Part shown: piece by piece, positions 1-12,450 of the stretch | Position numbering within the stretch: position 1 is the first letter of the stretch | How the letters are laid out: each line of letters opens with the position of its first letter | Source of the DNA: Xylographa opegraphella | Lineage: Eukaryota | Assembly: GCA_022813865.1 (NCBI GenBank) | Contig: JALDZX010000021.1 | Coordinates: 124,001 to 188,000 of the forward strand | Length of the DNA: 64,000 bases | Direction: 5' to 3' | The notes under the pieces: generated by a model | Told to the model about the DNA's origin: nothing | What the model saw: the letters and a program-made list of their open reading frames with translations, nothing else | Databases searched by the model: none | Translations under genes and position numbers: made by a program

Positions 1-143
1 GCTACCCTTTGCTTGAATTCCGATCTTTCCTGTACGTGCTTTTCCATCCGTCTGTGTCTTGATAGTGCTGATCCTACAATCGGATCATCCACACGAAGAA
101 TCGAGAACAAGGTTTAAGCTCAAACTGCCATACATCTTACGAT

Positions 144-1168
144 ATGCCCACCGTCCTCGTCGTAGGAGCTTCACGAGGGTTAGGTTCTGAGCTCGCCAAG
201 CAGTACGCCGCCCGCGACGGCACCACCGTGGTCGCCACCTCCCGATCATCCCAAGCGTCGTCCGACAAGGACATTGTATGGATCTCCGGTATCGATGTCG
301 CCAGCAAAGACGCCGGCGCGAAGCTGGCCGTCGGGTGCCGGCCGTACGCTCCCATCGATATCGCTATCATCACGGCCGGCTACTTCGGGACGGAGTCCTT
401 CGACCAGCCGGACTGGGACGCGGAAGTCAAGATGTACACCACCAGCGCCATCGGGCCCGTGTTCCTCGTGCATCATCTCGTCCGGTCGGGCGCCGTGGCG
501 GCGGGAGCGAAGATCATCCTCGTCAGTTCGGAGAGCGGGAGCATCACGCTGCGGCACGAGAGCGAAGGGGGTGGTAATTATGGGCACCATGCGAGCAAGG
601 CGGCGTCGAATATGGTTGGGAAGCTACTGAGTTTGGATTTGAAGGAGAAGGGGGTGGCGGTCGGGATGGTGCATGTGGGTTTGGCTTTTCTGGGGGTTTT
701 TGCGCCGGGATGATGTGCTGATGGGGAGGATAGCCTGGCTTCATGCGGACGGAGATGACGAAGGGGGTTGGGTTCGATAAGTTTGTGAGTTTTCCACTCT
801 CGGATGCTTATTCCCTTTATTCTTGAACGGGTTGTTACAAAGTATAGCTAACACTGAGATCATAAAGTACGATGATGGCGGAGGTAAGCGCCCGCACCAT
901 ACCCTCTAGAATGAATTCAGATCATGTGAGCTTACTTGCTGGACAGCTGTCACTCCTGCAAAAGCCGCCAAGTCATTGATTGATTTTGTTGATAAATTTG
1001 ATATGGGAATGACCGGGGAGTACTGGGCCCCAAGGGGATCTGGGTTAGTATACAACGAGGCCTGATGTCACGTACTAAGAGAGACTCTCTAGGGACATCG
1101 GCACAGCGGGACCAGTGCTTGGGAAGGACCTGGCGAACTCGGCATCACCATTGAAGTTGCCATGGTGA
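144..1168 (+). CDS. Short-chain dehydrogenase/reductase (CsgA/C-factor-like), 5 exons
   Basis: Rossmann motif VVGASRGLG, SSESGS and NYGHHASKAA. Splicing at about 675-733, 785-867, 884-946 and 1044-1092 gives HPGFMRTEMTKGVGFDKF...YWAPRG...KLPW* (TGA at 1166-1168). Confidence 0.85.
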
Positions 1169-1864
1169 GAGGCTCGGACTAGAGGAGTAGAAAGTGGGTG
1201 GACTCTACGTGCCACAGTGATCTCGATTCCTGCAGCCCCATGCAGAGCCACTATTGAACAGTCGATTCTGCTTCCGACATGAAAAGGATTTGTGATTGAG
1301 AAGTCAATTGACACTATTTCAGGCGCTCCAGGAGTTTAGGCATTACTTGGTGCACTTGGCTTGGCAACGTCACTGACTGGTCGCTGGAATAAACTCTGAT
1401 GAGCCCCGGAGGAGTCATAATTTGCGCGAGTGGTACCAAACATTCGTAGTGGTCCGCCGAGCCCTATCTAAGCTCCAGTGAATGCGATTCGTGATGTCCC
1501 TTCTTTAGGCACCGACTGGATTGTATTCTCACCTGGTGCCTGATGATGTTCAAGTCTAGCCCCTAATCCTTAGCGCATTACTTAGCGAGCGAGCCGCCGG
1601 GCCTTTCCATCGTCGACCTCACGCGTTACACTCATCTCGATATCAAACAACACTTCACTTCACTCCTGCACCCTGCTGCAGACTATTTTCTATTCGTACT
1701 GTACGTTGTGCGGGTCAATTTATCCTCAATACTTGTCAATGACTTACCCTTGAGGCCACTACCACCCTCGTCAACCTCCAACCGCGTCCTTGGGCGAGCT
1801 TGTAATTATTTTCGACAGCGCTCACTGCGATCGCTGATACCTCGCGACCTCCTCTGATCACACA

Positions 1865-4800
1865 ATGGCCAGCTTTGGTGGCTTTGGTGGCTTTGGATCG
1901 AATAATAACAATAACCAGCCGTCGAACACTGGTTTTGGTGGATTTGGATCAAACACTTCAACAGGTAGATTTTTGAGATTTCCACTGTCATGAGACCTAC
2001 AGCCCGCGCGTTGACACCAAGTTCTCTTCATCTTTCTTGTTGTCGGTCTCGGAACAGTCCTAGGTTTTCGTTTCTAATGCAATCATGTTGCTGCTTTTTA
2101 GGCTTTGGTCAGCAACCGCAAAACACTGGCTTCGGAGCTTCGAACAACACTGGAGGAAACCTGTTCGGATCTGGAGGTACGTGGACTCTTCTACTCTACA
2201 GCACTTCCACTTGCACGGCTTGATATCAACGGAACTGTGACACCAACACCAATTTATCATTCACTGCTCTGTGAACAAGCTTGTAACATACTCCAAAAAA
2301 TTTAAGGGAAAGAATGTCTCATGCAAAGCGACGGCCATCATCACCATCGCAGAGTGGTGAAACATCGCTGATTTCAGAGTCTCGCACAGGCACCGGTTTT
2401 GGTACGGGCTCTACAGCATTTGGCGCTTCGAAACCGGCGTTCGGTAGTACGAGTAGCAGTACTCTTTTCGGAAGCACCGCTGCACCTACGGGCGGATCTA
2501 CTTTTGGTGGATTTGGTACCAATAATAGCACGACAAATAATACTGGGTTTGGGGGAACCGGAACAACTGGAGGCTTCGGTAAGCCAACATTTGGCGCCGG
2601 AAACTCTACTGGTGGCATATTTGGAGCAGCTCCTACTAGCGGCAGCAGTTTTGGTCAAGGTACCAGTCAGCCAACCAATCTTTTTGGAGCACCGCCAAGC
2701 ACCGCCCTGGCAAGCAACAATGCCGACTGTGTAGGCACTGGTGGTACCCCGTTCACGCCGGTCATTGAGAAAGATGGCAACACCTCGACAGTTCACTTTC
2801 AGACCATTACCTTCATGCAGCCTTACATGAAGTTTTCACTTGAGGTAAGCTTCCTTGCACGATTCGAGAGACCACTCACTCACCAACCGCCTATAGGAAC
2901 TAAGACTGGCGGATTACAATCAAGGGCGTCGATACGGAAATAGTAACGGACAAGCTGGCGCTTTTGGTACAAGCAGCGGCTTCGGGGGTTTCGGTCAGTC
3001 ACAAGCACAGAACAACAATACTCCTTTCGGCAACAACGCCAGCACTGGATTTGGCAGTACCAAACCCACCGTAACTCCTTCTGCGTTTGGAACAGCCTCG
3101 GGAGGTTTATTCGGTGGCCCAACCTCTTCCTCTGGTTCGGGACTTTTCGGTACCCCTGCCACAACAACCTCACAGCCTACCAGTGGTCTCTTTGGAACTA
3201 CGAGTGCTGGGGGAGGATCTGGGTTTGGAAGTCAGCCTACTACTGGAGGTGGATTTGGTGGAAATAACGCTGGGATGTTTGGATCTGGTCCGCAGACAAC
3301 GAAGGCGCCTTTCTCTTTCGGCACGACGAGCACGACTGGGACCGGATTTGGAGGAGGAGGAGGAGGCTTTGGGACTAATACTACGGCTTCCGCGGGGGGA
3401 GGCATATTCGGAAGCGGTGGGGCCCAGTCGGCTTTCGGATCACAGCCAGCGGCCCCTGCCTCCAACTTATTTGGAGGAGGAGGAACTCAGCAGTCGACTT
3501 TTGGTGGGTTCGGAACCGCTACCAATGCCGCGAAACCTGGAGGAGGGATATTTGGTAACAGTACTACCACTACAGGAAGTAATCTTTTTGGGGGTACAAA
3601 TCCGGCAAATATGGCTTCTAGCACATTCGGCACCAACAACAACAACCAGGCATCTGGTCTCAGCGTGTTCGGTCAAAAACCCGCGGCTTCTGGCACGAGT
3701 TCCTTGTTCGGAGCACCGACCAACACAACTAATCCCACTGGTTCGAACCTCTTCGGCTCTGGATTCGGAAACAACAACAACCAACCGCAACAAAATACTT
3801 CTAGCCTTTTTGGAAATAACAATCAGCAGCAATCAGCCCCGTCTCTGTTTGGTAGTACTACCGGAGCGAGCAACGGTAATATGTTTGGAGGTGGCAATAA
3901 CAGCAGCTCTCTCTTCAATAACCCAGGGGCAAATAACAATCAGAACCAAGCTGGGCAAAGCCTTTTCTCGAACACCTCCAATAGCAACGGTAACAGTCTC
4001 TTTGGTAGCTCGCAGCAAAATGTGCTCCAGGCTCCGGAATCGATGAGTGCTTCGCTATTTGATCGAAATCCTTATGGCAGCTCAGCAATCTACAATGGAC
4101 TGCCTCCACCACCGTCAAACATTAGCCTTGGTCCCATTGCAACGCCGATTTCTGCTGGACAATACAAGCCGAAGAAATACGCGCCTCTGCCGCACCACAA
4201 GATGAATTCACCGTTAACTTCACGACTGATGACCCCCCAGAAGCGTGGCTACGGTTTCTCATACTCCACGTATGGAACTCCGTCCAGTGCTTCCAGTCTG
4301 GCCAGTACTCCAGGAGCTTTTGGTAGCAGTTTGTTAGGCAGTAGCATTGGACGTGGCCTTGGAAAGAGCTTCTCAACCAGCAACCTGCGTCGCACTTATG
4401 ATAGTGATTCTGAGAGCATTTTGTCTCCGGGAGCATTTTCTGCAAATAGCACACGGTACTCGGGATCAGGGAGCTTGAAAAAGCTCACCATTAACCGCAA
4501 TTTACGAACAGATTTGTTCGGTAGCCAAGCAGTTGCAGCATTACCAAGTCCCGATAAAGGCGATCAATCTCGGCAACCATCGATACTGAAGAAGAAAGTC
4601 AGTTTCGACTCAAGCACTTTGGGTGGCAGCAATGGTGACGAAGCTGCATCCAATAAGTCAGCGAATGGCTCTTCTAACGGATCGGATGATCCTTCGTCCG
4701 CAAATCCGCAAGAACAAGGAAATCTACGATCTTCATCGCGAACCAACGGAAGACAGAACGGCTTACGACCTACAGCAGCGCCTGCGCAACAAGACATGGA

Positions 4801-7800
4801 AGCGGTCAAGGGGAACGAGCTGGCAATAGTACCCGAGGACAGATCTCCAGAGGTCTCGAATGCTACAAACGGGGGCCCCGCAGTTCGTAATGATCAGACA
4901 GATCCCGAGCCTGGACCCTATTATATGCGTCCGTCAAGGGAAGATCTAAGAAAAATGCATCGCGATGAGTTGAAGACAGTGAGCGGGTTTGCAGTCGGCC
5001 GCGAGAATTATGGCGAAGTGGTTTTCAACGCACCGGTAGATCTTACAAGCGTTGATCTCGACAACGTTTTTGATAAAATCGTGATTATAACTATTCGATC
5101 TGTCACAGTCTACCCCGATCAACACCAGAAGCCGCTTCCCGGGAAAGGCCTCAATGTTCCAGCTACTATATCATTGAATAACTCTTGGCCTAAACAACGG
5201 GACAGGGTGACACCATCCTTTGAGAAAAGCGGACCAAAGTTCAACAAGCATGTGGCGCGGCTCAAGAAAGTGGCCGACACTGAATTTGTCGACTACAACA
5301 AAGACACCGGGGTGTGGACTTTTAAAGTGCCACATTTTACGACCTATAAGCTCGAATATGATGACGAGGAACCCAGCGAGCTCGACCCGTTTCAATCTAG
5401 TCTTTTTAGCGAAGTGCCCAGCACTCCAACACCAAAATCACGATCTACTCCTGCACATCCTCAGCAAGTACAGGAATCTTCCATGTTGTCGGACGAAGCA
5501 TCGCAATTAAGCTCAACTTTGGACGATACCTTCGATTTCCGCAACACCAGAATGCTACCTGGGGCTTTTGACGGCAAACCTGCTTTCGATGATGATCAAG
5601 AGATGGAAGAAGTCCGAGATAATGGAGGGTCTTTTTCAGCTGATGTCTCAGCCCTCTCGCCATCCGATAGTGGTGTTGACGAACCGAGCGATTTGCGGGA
5701 GGAAGTGGATCAATTTGAAGATAGATCGCTGATGGTTCAGGATGATGAAATGGAGATTATCGGAGCCTTTCCGCCGATCAACGATGAGCACGAATATACC
5801 GAAGACATTGTACAGCCGAAGTCGATCCTAAGGGCAAGTGAGATGAGCTTCGGTACTCCGACGAGGTTGATTGTCAACATGGGAGACGATTGGACTGAAC
5901 AGCTACAAAAAACGGTCAGTCCGAAGAAGCAAGATCGGGATGCCTTAAGGCAGACTCAATTACAACCATTCAAAGACGACGACGGGGAGCAGAAGGAGCC
6001 CCTTATCGCACAAGCACCAATTCGTGACGCTACTGGATTTGCTACCAGTATTGACTTGATGAATTCTCTATTCGGCAAAGAAGAGCAACGCAGGAGCGGC
6101 CGAGATTTGAAGCAGATTGAGAAGGGAAATGCGTTCGAGGTTTGAATTACACCCCTGTATATTTCAGCGGTTTGGATTGTGGACATAACTGCGGACCCTT
6201 ATAAGGGCCGTGTGTAAATGTATTTAGATAAAAATGAAACATGCTGAAACTTATCTTGAATAGTGGCCCTACCAGAAAAGGTCGAAAACGAATGATCAGC
6301 CAGAGATGACCGGTATGGACCGAGACTTTCACGAATCTTATAAACCATCTTGGGGACCTCACAGTAGAGTGCTCTATGCACTGTCTGGCGAGTCTAGTGG
6401 AATGCAGCGAGCCTCTTCGAAATCCAATAGTCTCATTAACCATAGAAACGCCACTATAGTGTCTGAAGGACGCGATATTCGGTTTTCGGAGTTGACGGTG
6501 TCCTCAGACGTACGCAGGATGCCGCGGTCAGAGGTCATGAGCAAATGCTAATTGTTACAGATTTCTCCGCAGAAGTTTGCGGATCAGCGTGTGCGCTCGG
6601 AGATAGTGATCGAGGAGGGGATTCCACACGCTAAAGCTCTCCCATTACCATTCAAAGGGATCGCCTCTACATGTGCTTCCGACAGCCATGAGCGGTTGGT
6701 ATGGGATCTGGCAAGCATTTTGTTTGACAATCACGACCACGATACAGGTGTTGCAGTCGACGTTCCTGAAAACGAAAGATCCAAGTATGAGCATCGAATC
6801 CAGAAAGATCGCATGTCTCTTTTTTGGAGCCGAATATGCCAAGATAAAGCTCTTGCGGCTGTATCTGCTGCACCCACAGCCGAGGAACGAGCGCTAGCAT
6901 ACCTATCGATGCACAGAGTCACGGAAGCGTGCGAAGCTTTGGTCGAGGGCAAAGATTTCCGTTTGGCAACGTTGGTTGCTCAGATAGGCTGTGACAGTAC
7001 GATGCATGAAGACATGACTGCACAGATCGATGCGTGGCGAAGCTTGAAGCAGATTTCCGAAATGACAGACCCGATCCGGGCGCTTTATGAGCTGCTAGCG
7101 GGTAACACCTGTGTATGTCATGGCCACCCCGGTCCGCCTGAGAATAAAGCAGACACGTTTGTTATTACCCAGAGGTTCAATTTGGATTGGAAGAGGTCTT
7201 TCGGGTTACGGCTCTGGTATGCTATCAAGGAGGAAGACGCAATCGAAAGTGCCGTCAAATCATACGCTGCCGACCTTGGCACTAAGGAGTCCAGAACCCC
7301 GATACCTTGGTTTATTGAGGAGCATAGCTCGCTTCCTTGGACTGACACACGACCTGAGACTCGAGAAGATCTTCTTTGGGGTATACTGAAGTTATATGCT
7401 GAGTCAAAGGACGGAACAGCTCTGACTAAACTTACGAACGTAGTAATGCCGGAAAATGCGTCTGGAAACCCGATCGATTCCAGACTTTCATTCGAGCTGT
7501 ATCACGCCCTCAGCACTAGGCTACCCGACCATGTAGATCTTGCGAGGGCAGATCAACTGGCCTGGGACTACGCCGTGCAGCTCCAGGCAGCCGGAGCATG
7601 GAAATGGGCCATCTTCGCTATGCTCCACATCTCTGATTCGCAACAACGGCAGAAAGCTTTGCTTGACACACTTGCTCATAATGCTGCAGATATTGACGAA
7701 GCTGATGCGGAGACCCTACAACTTCTCACAGAAACTTTCAAAATTCCGGAAGCCTGGATATGGACCGCCAAAGCTCTATACGCTCGTTCAGTCCAGCAGG

Positions 7801-8339
7801 ACCATGTGAAGGAAGTCCATTTCCTTCTTCGTGCTAAGTGCTGGAACGAAGCTCACAAAACGCTCTGTCGGGAAGTCGCACCGCAAGCCGTGATAGAACA
7901 GAGTCATAACACGCTACTTTCCTTGCTTGAAAATTTTGCCGGGAAAGACAAGGTTGCGGAATGGCCCGTTGGTGGACAGGTTTACGAAGACTACGTACGG
8001 CTGGTAAGGGGCGCAAAGGGACGGGAGAGGCAGGCGGTAATACAACGTTTATTGCAGGCGCTGCCTGATCTGGTGCAAGACAGACCAGGGAAGTTGGGTT
8101 TCATCGAGATGGTTGCGGTGCAAGAGATGAGTGCAGTGGTTGGAAGAGCGGTGGTGGCAGACAAGGACAAGGTTCGTGGTTGAAATCCTGGCACTGCGGA
8201 CGGTAGGCTTTTACTGATCTTGCTACAGACAATCGACGGCTCCAGGGTTCTTTGTTTACCGATGACGGGAGATGAGCATTTGAAGCATACGATGGGTTTG
8301 AGTCTGGATTACTACAAGGCTCTGATGGCACTTGGTTGA
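1865..8339 (+). CDS. NUP98: Nucleoporin Nup98-Nup96 precursor (Nup145/SonB-type), multi-exon
   Basis: Starts MASFGGFGGFGS and has extensive FG/SLFG repeats. GLEBS-like FSLE|ELRLADY spans an intron. Autoproteolytic domain ends KVPHFTTY; Nup96 domain lies in ORF 6552-8183; last exon ends LSLDYYKALMALG*. Confidence 0.95.
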
Positions 8340-8698
8340 GGATTTCTTCTTGATTCATGCGCCTCCGTCGAGGGGTATGTGATTTCTTATCAGGGAGTCT
8401 TTGATGGATGGAGGGTTCTTTTACACTGCTGTGCCCCAGAGAAGTGGGAGACGGTTGTGTCTGTAGCGATAGATAGCATACCTAGCATGCACATACGAAG
8501 TGTAATTAATGAAATGTCGCTTCAGATTCTTGAACTGTTGATGTTCGACGTTGATTCGCTGGTTCGCGAAGTGGCAAGGGTGGACTCGCTAATCTATGAT
8601 GGCGATGTTCTTGACCCGCTAATCGACCTCATTGTTACAACCTATATCCTACAATACCACGCTCCCACTGTCGCAATTTTCTCTTCACTACCTGCAAA

Positions 8699-10395
8699 AT
8701 GATATCGCGACATCCTCCGTCGCCTCATGTTGTCAATGCCCTAACTCACCGCGTCCTACCTTCTGCATCATCAGCCGCCCGCATATCCGCATCATCGTCC
8801 GTCACTCCGCCACAGCAACACACTCGAGGGCTAGCTACAGTTCAAGATGGCAATCCAGCTCCACCCAAGAGGACGCACTTCGGAGGTCTGAAGGACCGGG
8901 ATAGGATATTCCAGAACTTGTACGGCCATCATGGGGCGGATCTGAAAAGTGCTATGAAATATGGCGACTGGTATAAGACAAAGGAGATTATTCTGAAAGG
9001 ACATGAATGGGTTGGTGCACTCAACGGAGAATTTCTGGAGGGTAATACTAACATGTCTGCAGATCATCTCCGAAATAAAAGCCTCTGGTTTGAGGGGGCG
9101 TGGGGGCGCTGGATTCCCTTCGGGGATGAAATGGGTATGTCGCAGTCTCCTTGATATGGCTGTTCGGTACTGATTGTCATAGTCTTTCATGAACTTCAAA
9201 AATTGGGACAAGGACACCAAACCTCGTTATCTGGTCGTGAATGCCGATGAGGGTGAGCCGGGCACTTGCAAAGACCGAGAGATCATGAGGAAAGACCCTC
9301 ACAAGCTTATCGAGGGCTGTCTTGTTGCCGGACGAGCTATGAATACTACAGCTGCGTATATCTACATTCGAGGCGAGTTCTACCACGAAGCTACTGTTCT
9401 ACAACGTGCCATACAGGAGGCATACAAAGAGGGCCTGATCGGCAAGAATGCTTGTGGTAGCGGCTACGATTTCGATGTCTTCATCCATCGTGGCATGGGT
9501 GCTTACGTTTGTGGAGAGGAGACTTCTCTAATCGAGTCGCTAGAGGGCAAGCCCGGTAAGCCTCGCCTGAAGCCACCTTTCCCTGCTTCCGTTGGTCTCT
9601 TCGGATGCCCTACGACTGTGGCAAACGTCGAGACAATAGCAGTCGCCCCCACTATCTGCCGGCGTGGCGGGAATTGGTTCAATTCCTTCGGGCGAGACAG
9701 GAACTCTGGCACAAAGTTGTTTTGCATTTCTGGCCATGTCAACAACCCATGCACTGTTGAAGAGGAAATGAGTATTCCTTTGAAGGAGCTGATCGAAAAG
9801 CACTGCGGTGGGGTTCGGGGAGGCTGGGACAATCTAAAGGCGATTATTCCTGGTGGCTCGTCAACACCGATCTTACCAAAGCATATATGTGAGGACCAAT
9901 TGATGGACTTCGACGCACTGAAGGACAGTCAGTCGGGCTTGGGTACGGCAGCGGTCATTGTGATGGACAAGAGCACCGACATCGTTAGAGCGATTTCGAG
10001 ACTCAGCACATTCTACAGGCATGAGAGCTGCGGACAATGTACACCGTGCCGAGAGGGGAGCAAGTGGACGGAACAGATCATGCAACGGTTCGAGCGGGGT
10101 CAGGCACGGGAGAGGGAGATTGACATGCTGCAAGAGCTGACGAAGCAGGTTGAAGGCCACACTATCTGTGGTAAGTTCCACATTATCTCTTATAGTAAGG
10201 CATTGTTCCTAATTTAGGATTATAGCTCTGGGTGAGGCATTTGCATGGCCAATCCAAGGTCTGGTCCGGCACTTCAGGCACGAGATGGAGGCAAAAGTCA
10301 AGGACTTTGCGGAGAAGAATGGAGGCATTGCCCGGGCGGGAGGTATGCCGCATGATGCCCATCGCCAGGGCCAGCTGATTTCTCCGGGGCAATGA
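8699..10395 (+). CDS. NDUFV1: NADH:ubiquinone oxidoreductase 51 kDa flavoprotein subunit, mitochondrial, 4 exons
   Basis: [44 protein letters not shown] and the 4Fe-4S motif [12 protein letters not shown]...HTICAL; N-terminal mitochondrial presequence. Confidence 0.97.
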
Positions 10396-10949
10396 GCTGT
10401 GCTTGAGAATTGTGTTTTCTTTAGGAGGGTGGGTTTTGCAATGTTAGCGGAGTCCAGCATTCGTCTGTAGCCGGCTTACAGATTCCTCGTTTGAATCGAA
10501 TAGGAAGCATTATCCGATTATGACACTCGAGATTGAACCGGATTATGATGAGATGTTGTGAGGAGGTCTTGAATCAGAGATCGGGGTTGTTGTTTGGAGG
10601 AAGTATGACTTATCCGATCGATGTGTTTGAGGCAGAAAGTCTTTGGGCAACAGTGATATTTTCTATTGATACGAATTCGAACAATGATAGATATCGCGTG
10701 AATCAAGTGAGAGTTCTGCACTCAGCTTGGCGTCCTAATCACTAGACCGGATTATCAACGAGGCCTTCTTTCCAGCCAATCAAAACCTAGCGGCGAAAAC
10801 GCGAAGCTGTAGATCCTAGCCGCGAGCTTCCCGCCGAGCTTCCGCCGAGCTTCCGACAGCTCACACTACTACCTGACCTCCTCTCCACCAAACATCTCAA
10901 TTGATCAACGAACCCTCCTAACCAAAGACACCACCCTCGTCCACCAACA

Positions 10950-11897
10950 ATGGCCACCACACTCCTCCGCCCTTCCACCGCGCGCACCGCCCTCCGCTTC
11001 TCCGTCCCCCGCAAAACAGCCCCCCTCGCCAGCCTCTCCTTCACCCGCAGCAAAATCACCCTCCCAGACCTCCCATGTACGCTCCTCCTCCCCCTCCCCC
11101 CCAACAACCATCTCCCTTACCAGCTGACCCTCCCCTTCCCCTTCCCAACACTAGACGCCTACTCCGCCCTCGAACCCAGCATCTCCCGCGAAATCATGGA
11201 ACTGCACCACGCCAAACACCACCAGACGTACGTGACCTCGTACAACACCTTCGCGGAGCAGATGGACGCCGCGATCGCGGCCGGCGACGTCGCCGCCGCC
11301 CTCGCCCTGCAGCCCATGCTCAACTTCCATGGCGGCGGCCATGTGAACCACAGCCTGTTCTGGGAGAACCTCGCGCCCGCGGGCGAGGAGGGCGGCGGTG
11401 GGGCCCCGCCGCAAGGCGCGCTCGCGGCTGCGATCGACGAGACGTATGGGGGCTATGCGAAGCTGCAGGACGTGATGGAGAAGGCACTCGCGAGCGTGCA
11501 GGGCAGTGGCTGGGCGTGGTTGGTGCGGGATACGGTGACGGGCGGCGTGGGCGTGCGGACGTATGCGGTGAGTTTTTTTCCTTCTTTTTTTTTCTCTCTC
11601 TCTCTTTTCTCACGTTGCTGGTGTCGTGGGCTTGTAGGCTAATACGCTGTTTGTCTGGGCGGTGCAGAATCAGGATCCGGTCGTGGGGCAGTTCCGGCCG
11701 CTGTTGGGCATCGATGCCTGGGAGCATGCGTACTAGTGAGTGGCTTTTCCCCCCCTTTTCCCGCAACTGAGAGCAGGGAGAGGGCTGACGGGGGACTCAG
11801 TTTGCAGTATCAGAACCGGAAGGTGGATTATTTCCAGGCGATTTGGAACGTGGTTAATTGGAAGGCGGCGGAGAAGCGCTATGAGCAGATTGGGTAA
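10950..11897 (+). CDS. SOD2: Mn superoxide dismutase, mitochondrial, 4 exons
   Basis: Arg-rich presequence; LPDLP(Y)[44 protein letters not shown] and DAWEHAYYLQYQN after splicing; TAA at 11895-11897. Confidence 0.95.
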
Positions 11898-12450
11898 GCG
11901 TGGCGGGGGCTGGTAAGGACGGTCGGCTACAGAGAAGAGAATGTCGTGCTTGTGGATGTGGCTGTGTGGTAGCTATGTGGAGGACGTTCCACGGGTTGAG
12001 GTCCGGTTGATAGGTCGCTTCTTGGAGGATTGGAGGATTGGAGGATTGCGTCCGTAGAACGTGTAGCAGCGAAAACACAGAGAAATCGACTGTTTAAGCT
12101 CACAGAAATCATGTTTGTAAAGTTTGTGAACAACATGCGATATGTATTATACAAGAGCGTCTGAATATATACAAGAAAGAAATTCGCAGACTAGTCCTCC
12201 TAATCTTGTTTCTTTGGCTCAGATTCCAAAAAGCCAATGGTTCTTATTCACAGATGAGCCGTGTTCAAGCCAACCATTTCGATAGACCACTCCTAGCCAT
12301 CCAAGATAATCATGGTTGCCTCTCCACCAACGAACTGTCGAAACCTCTTCGGTGTGGCATTCTGTGACTTGAATACCTGATCCAAACTCGATCCATTGTC
12401 GAATTTCGCTATAGACCCTTTTTCCAGTAGAATCCGATGAAACCCATATA

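Noticed and set aside
1965..2389. Intronic snoRNA in the longer NUP98 introns
   Set aside because: I could not identify a convincing terminal C/D pair or H/ACA structure by eye; an Infernal/Rfam scan would be needed.
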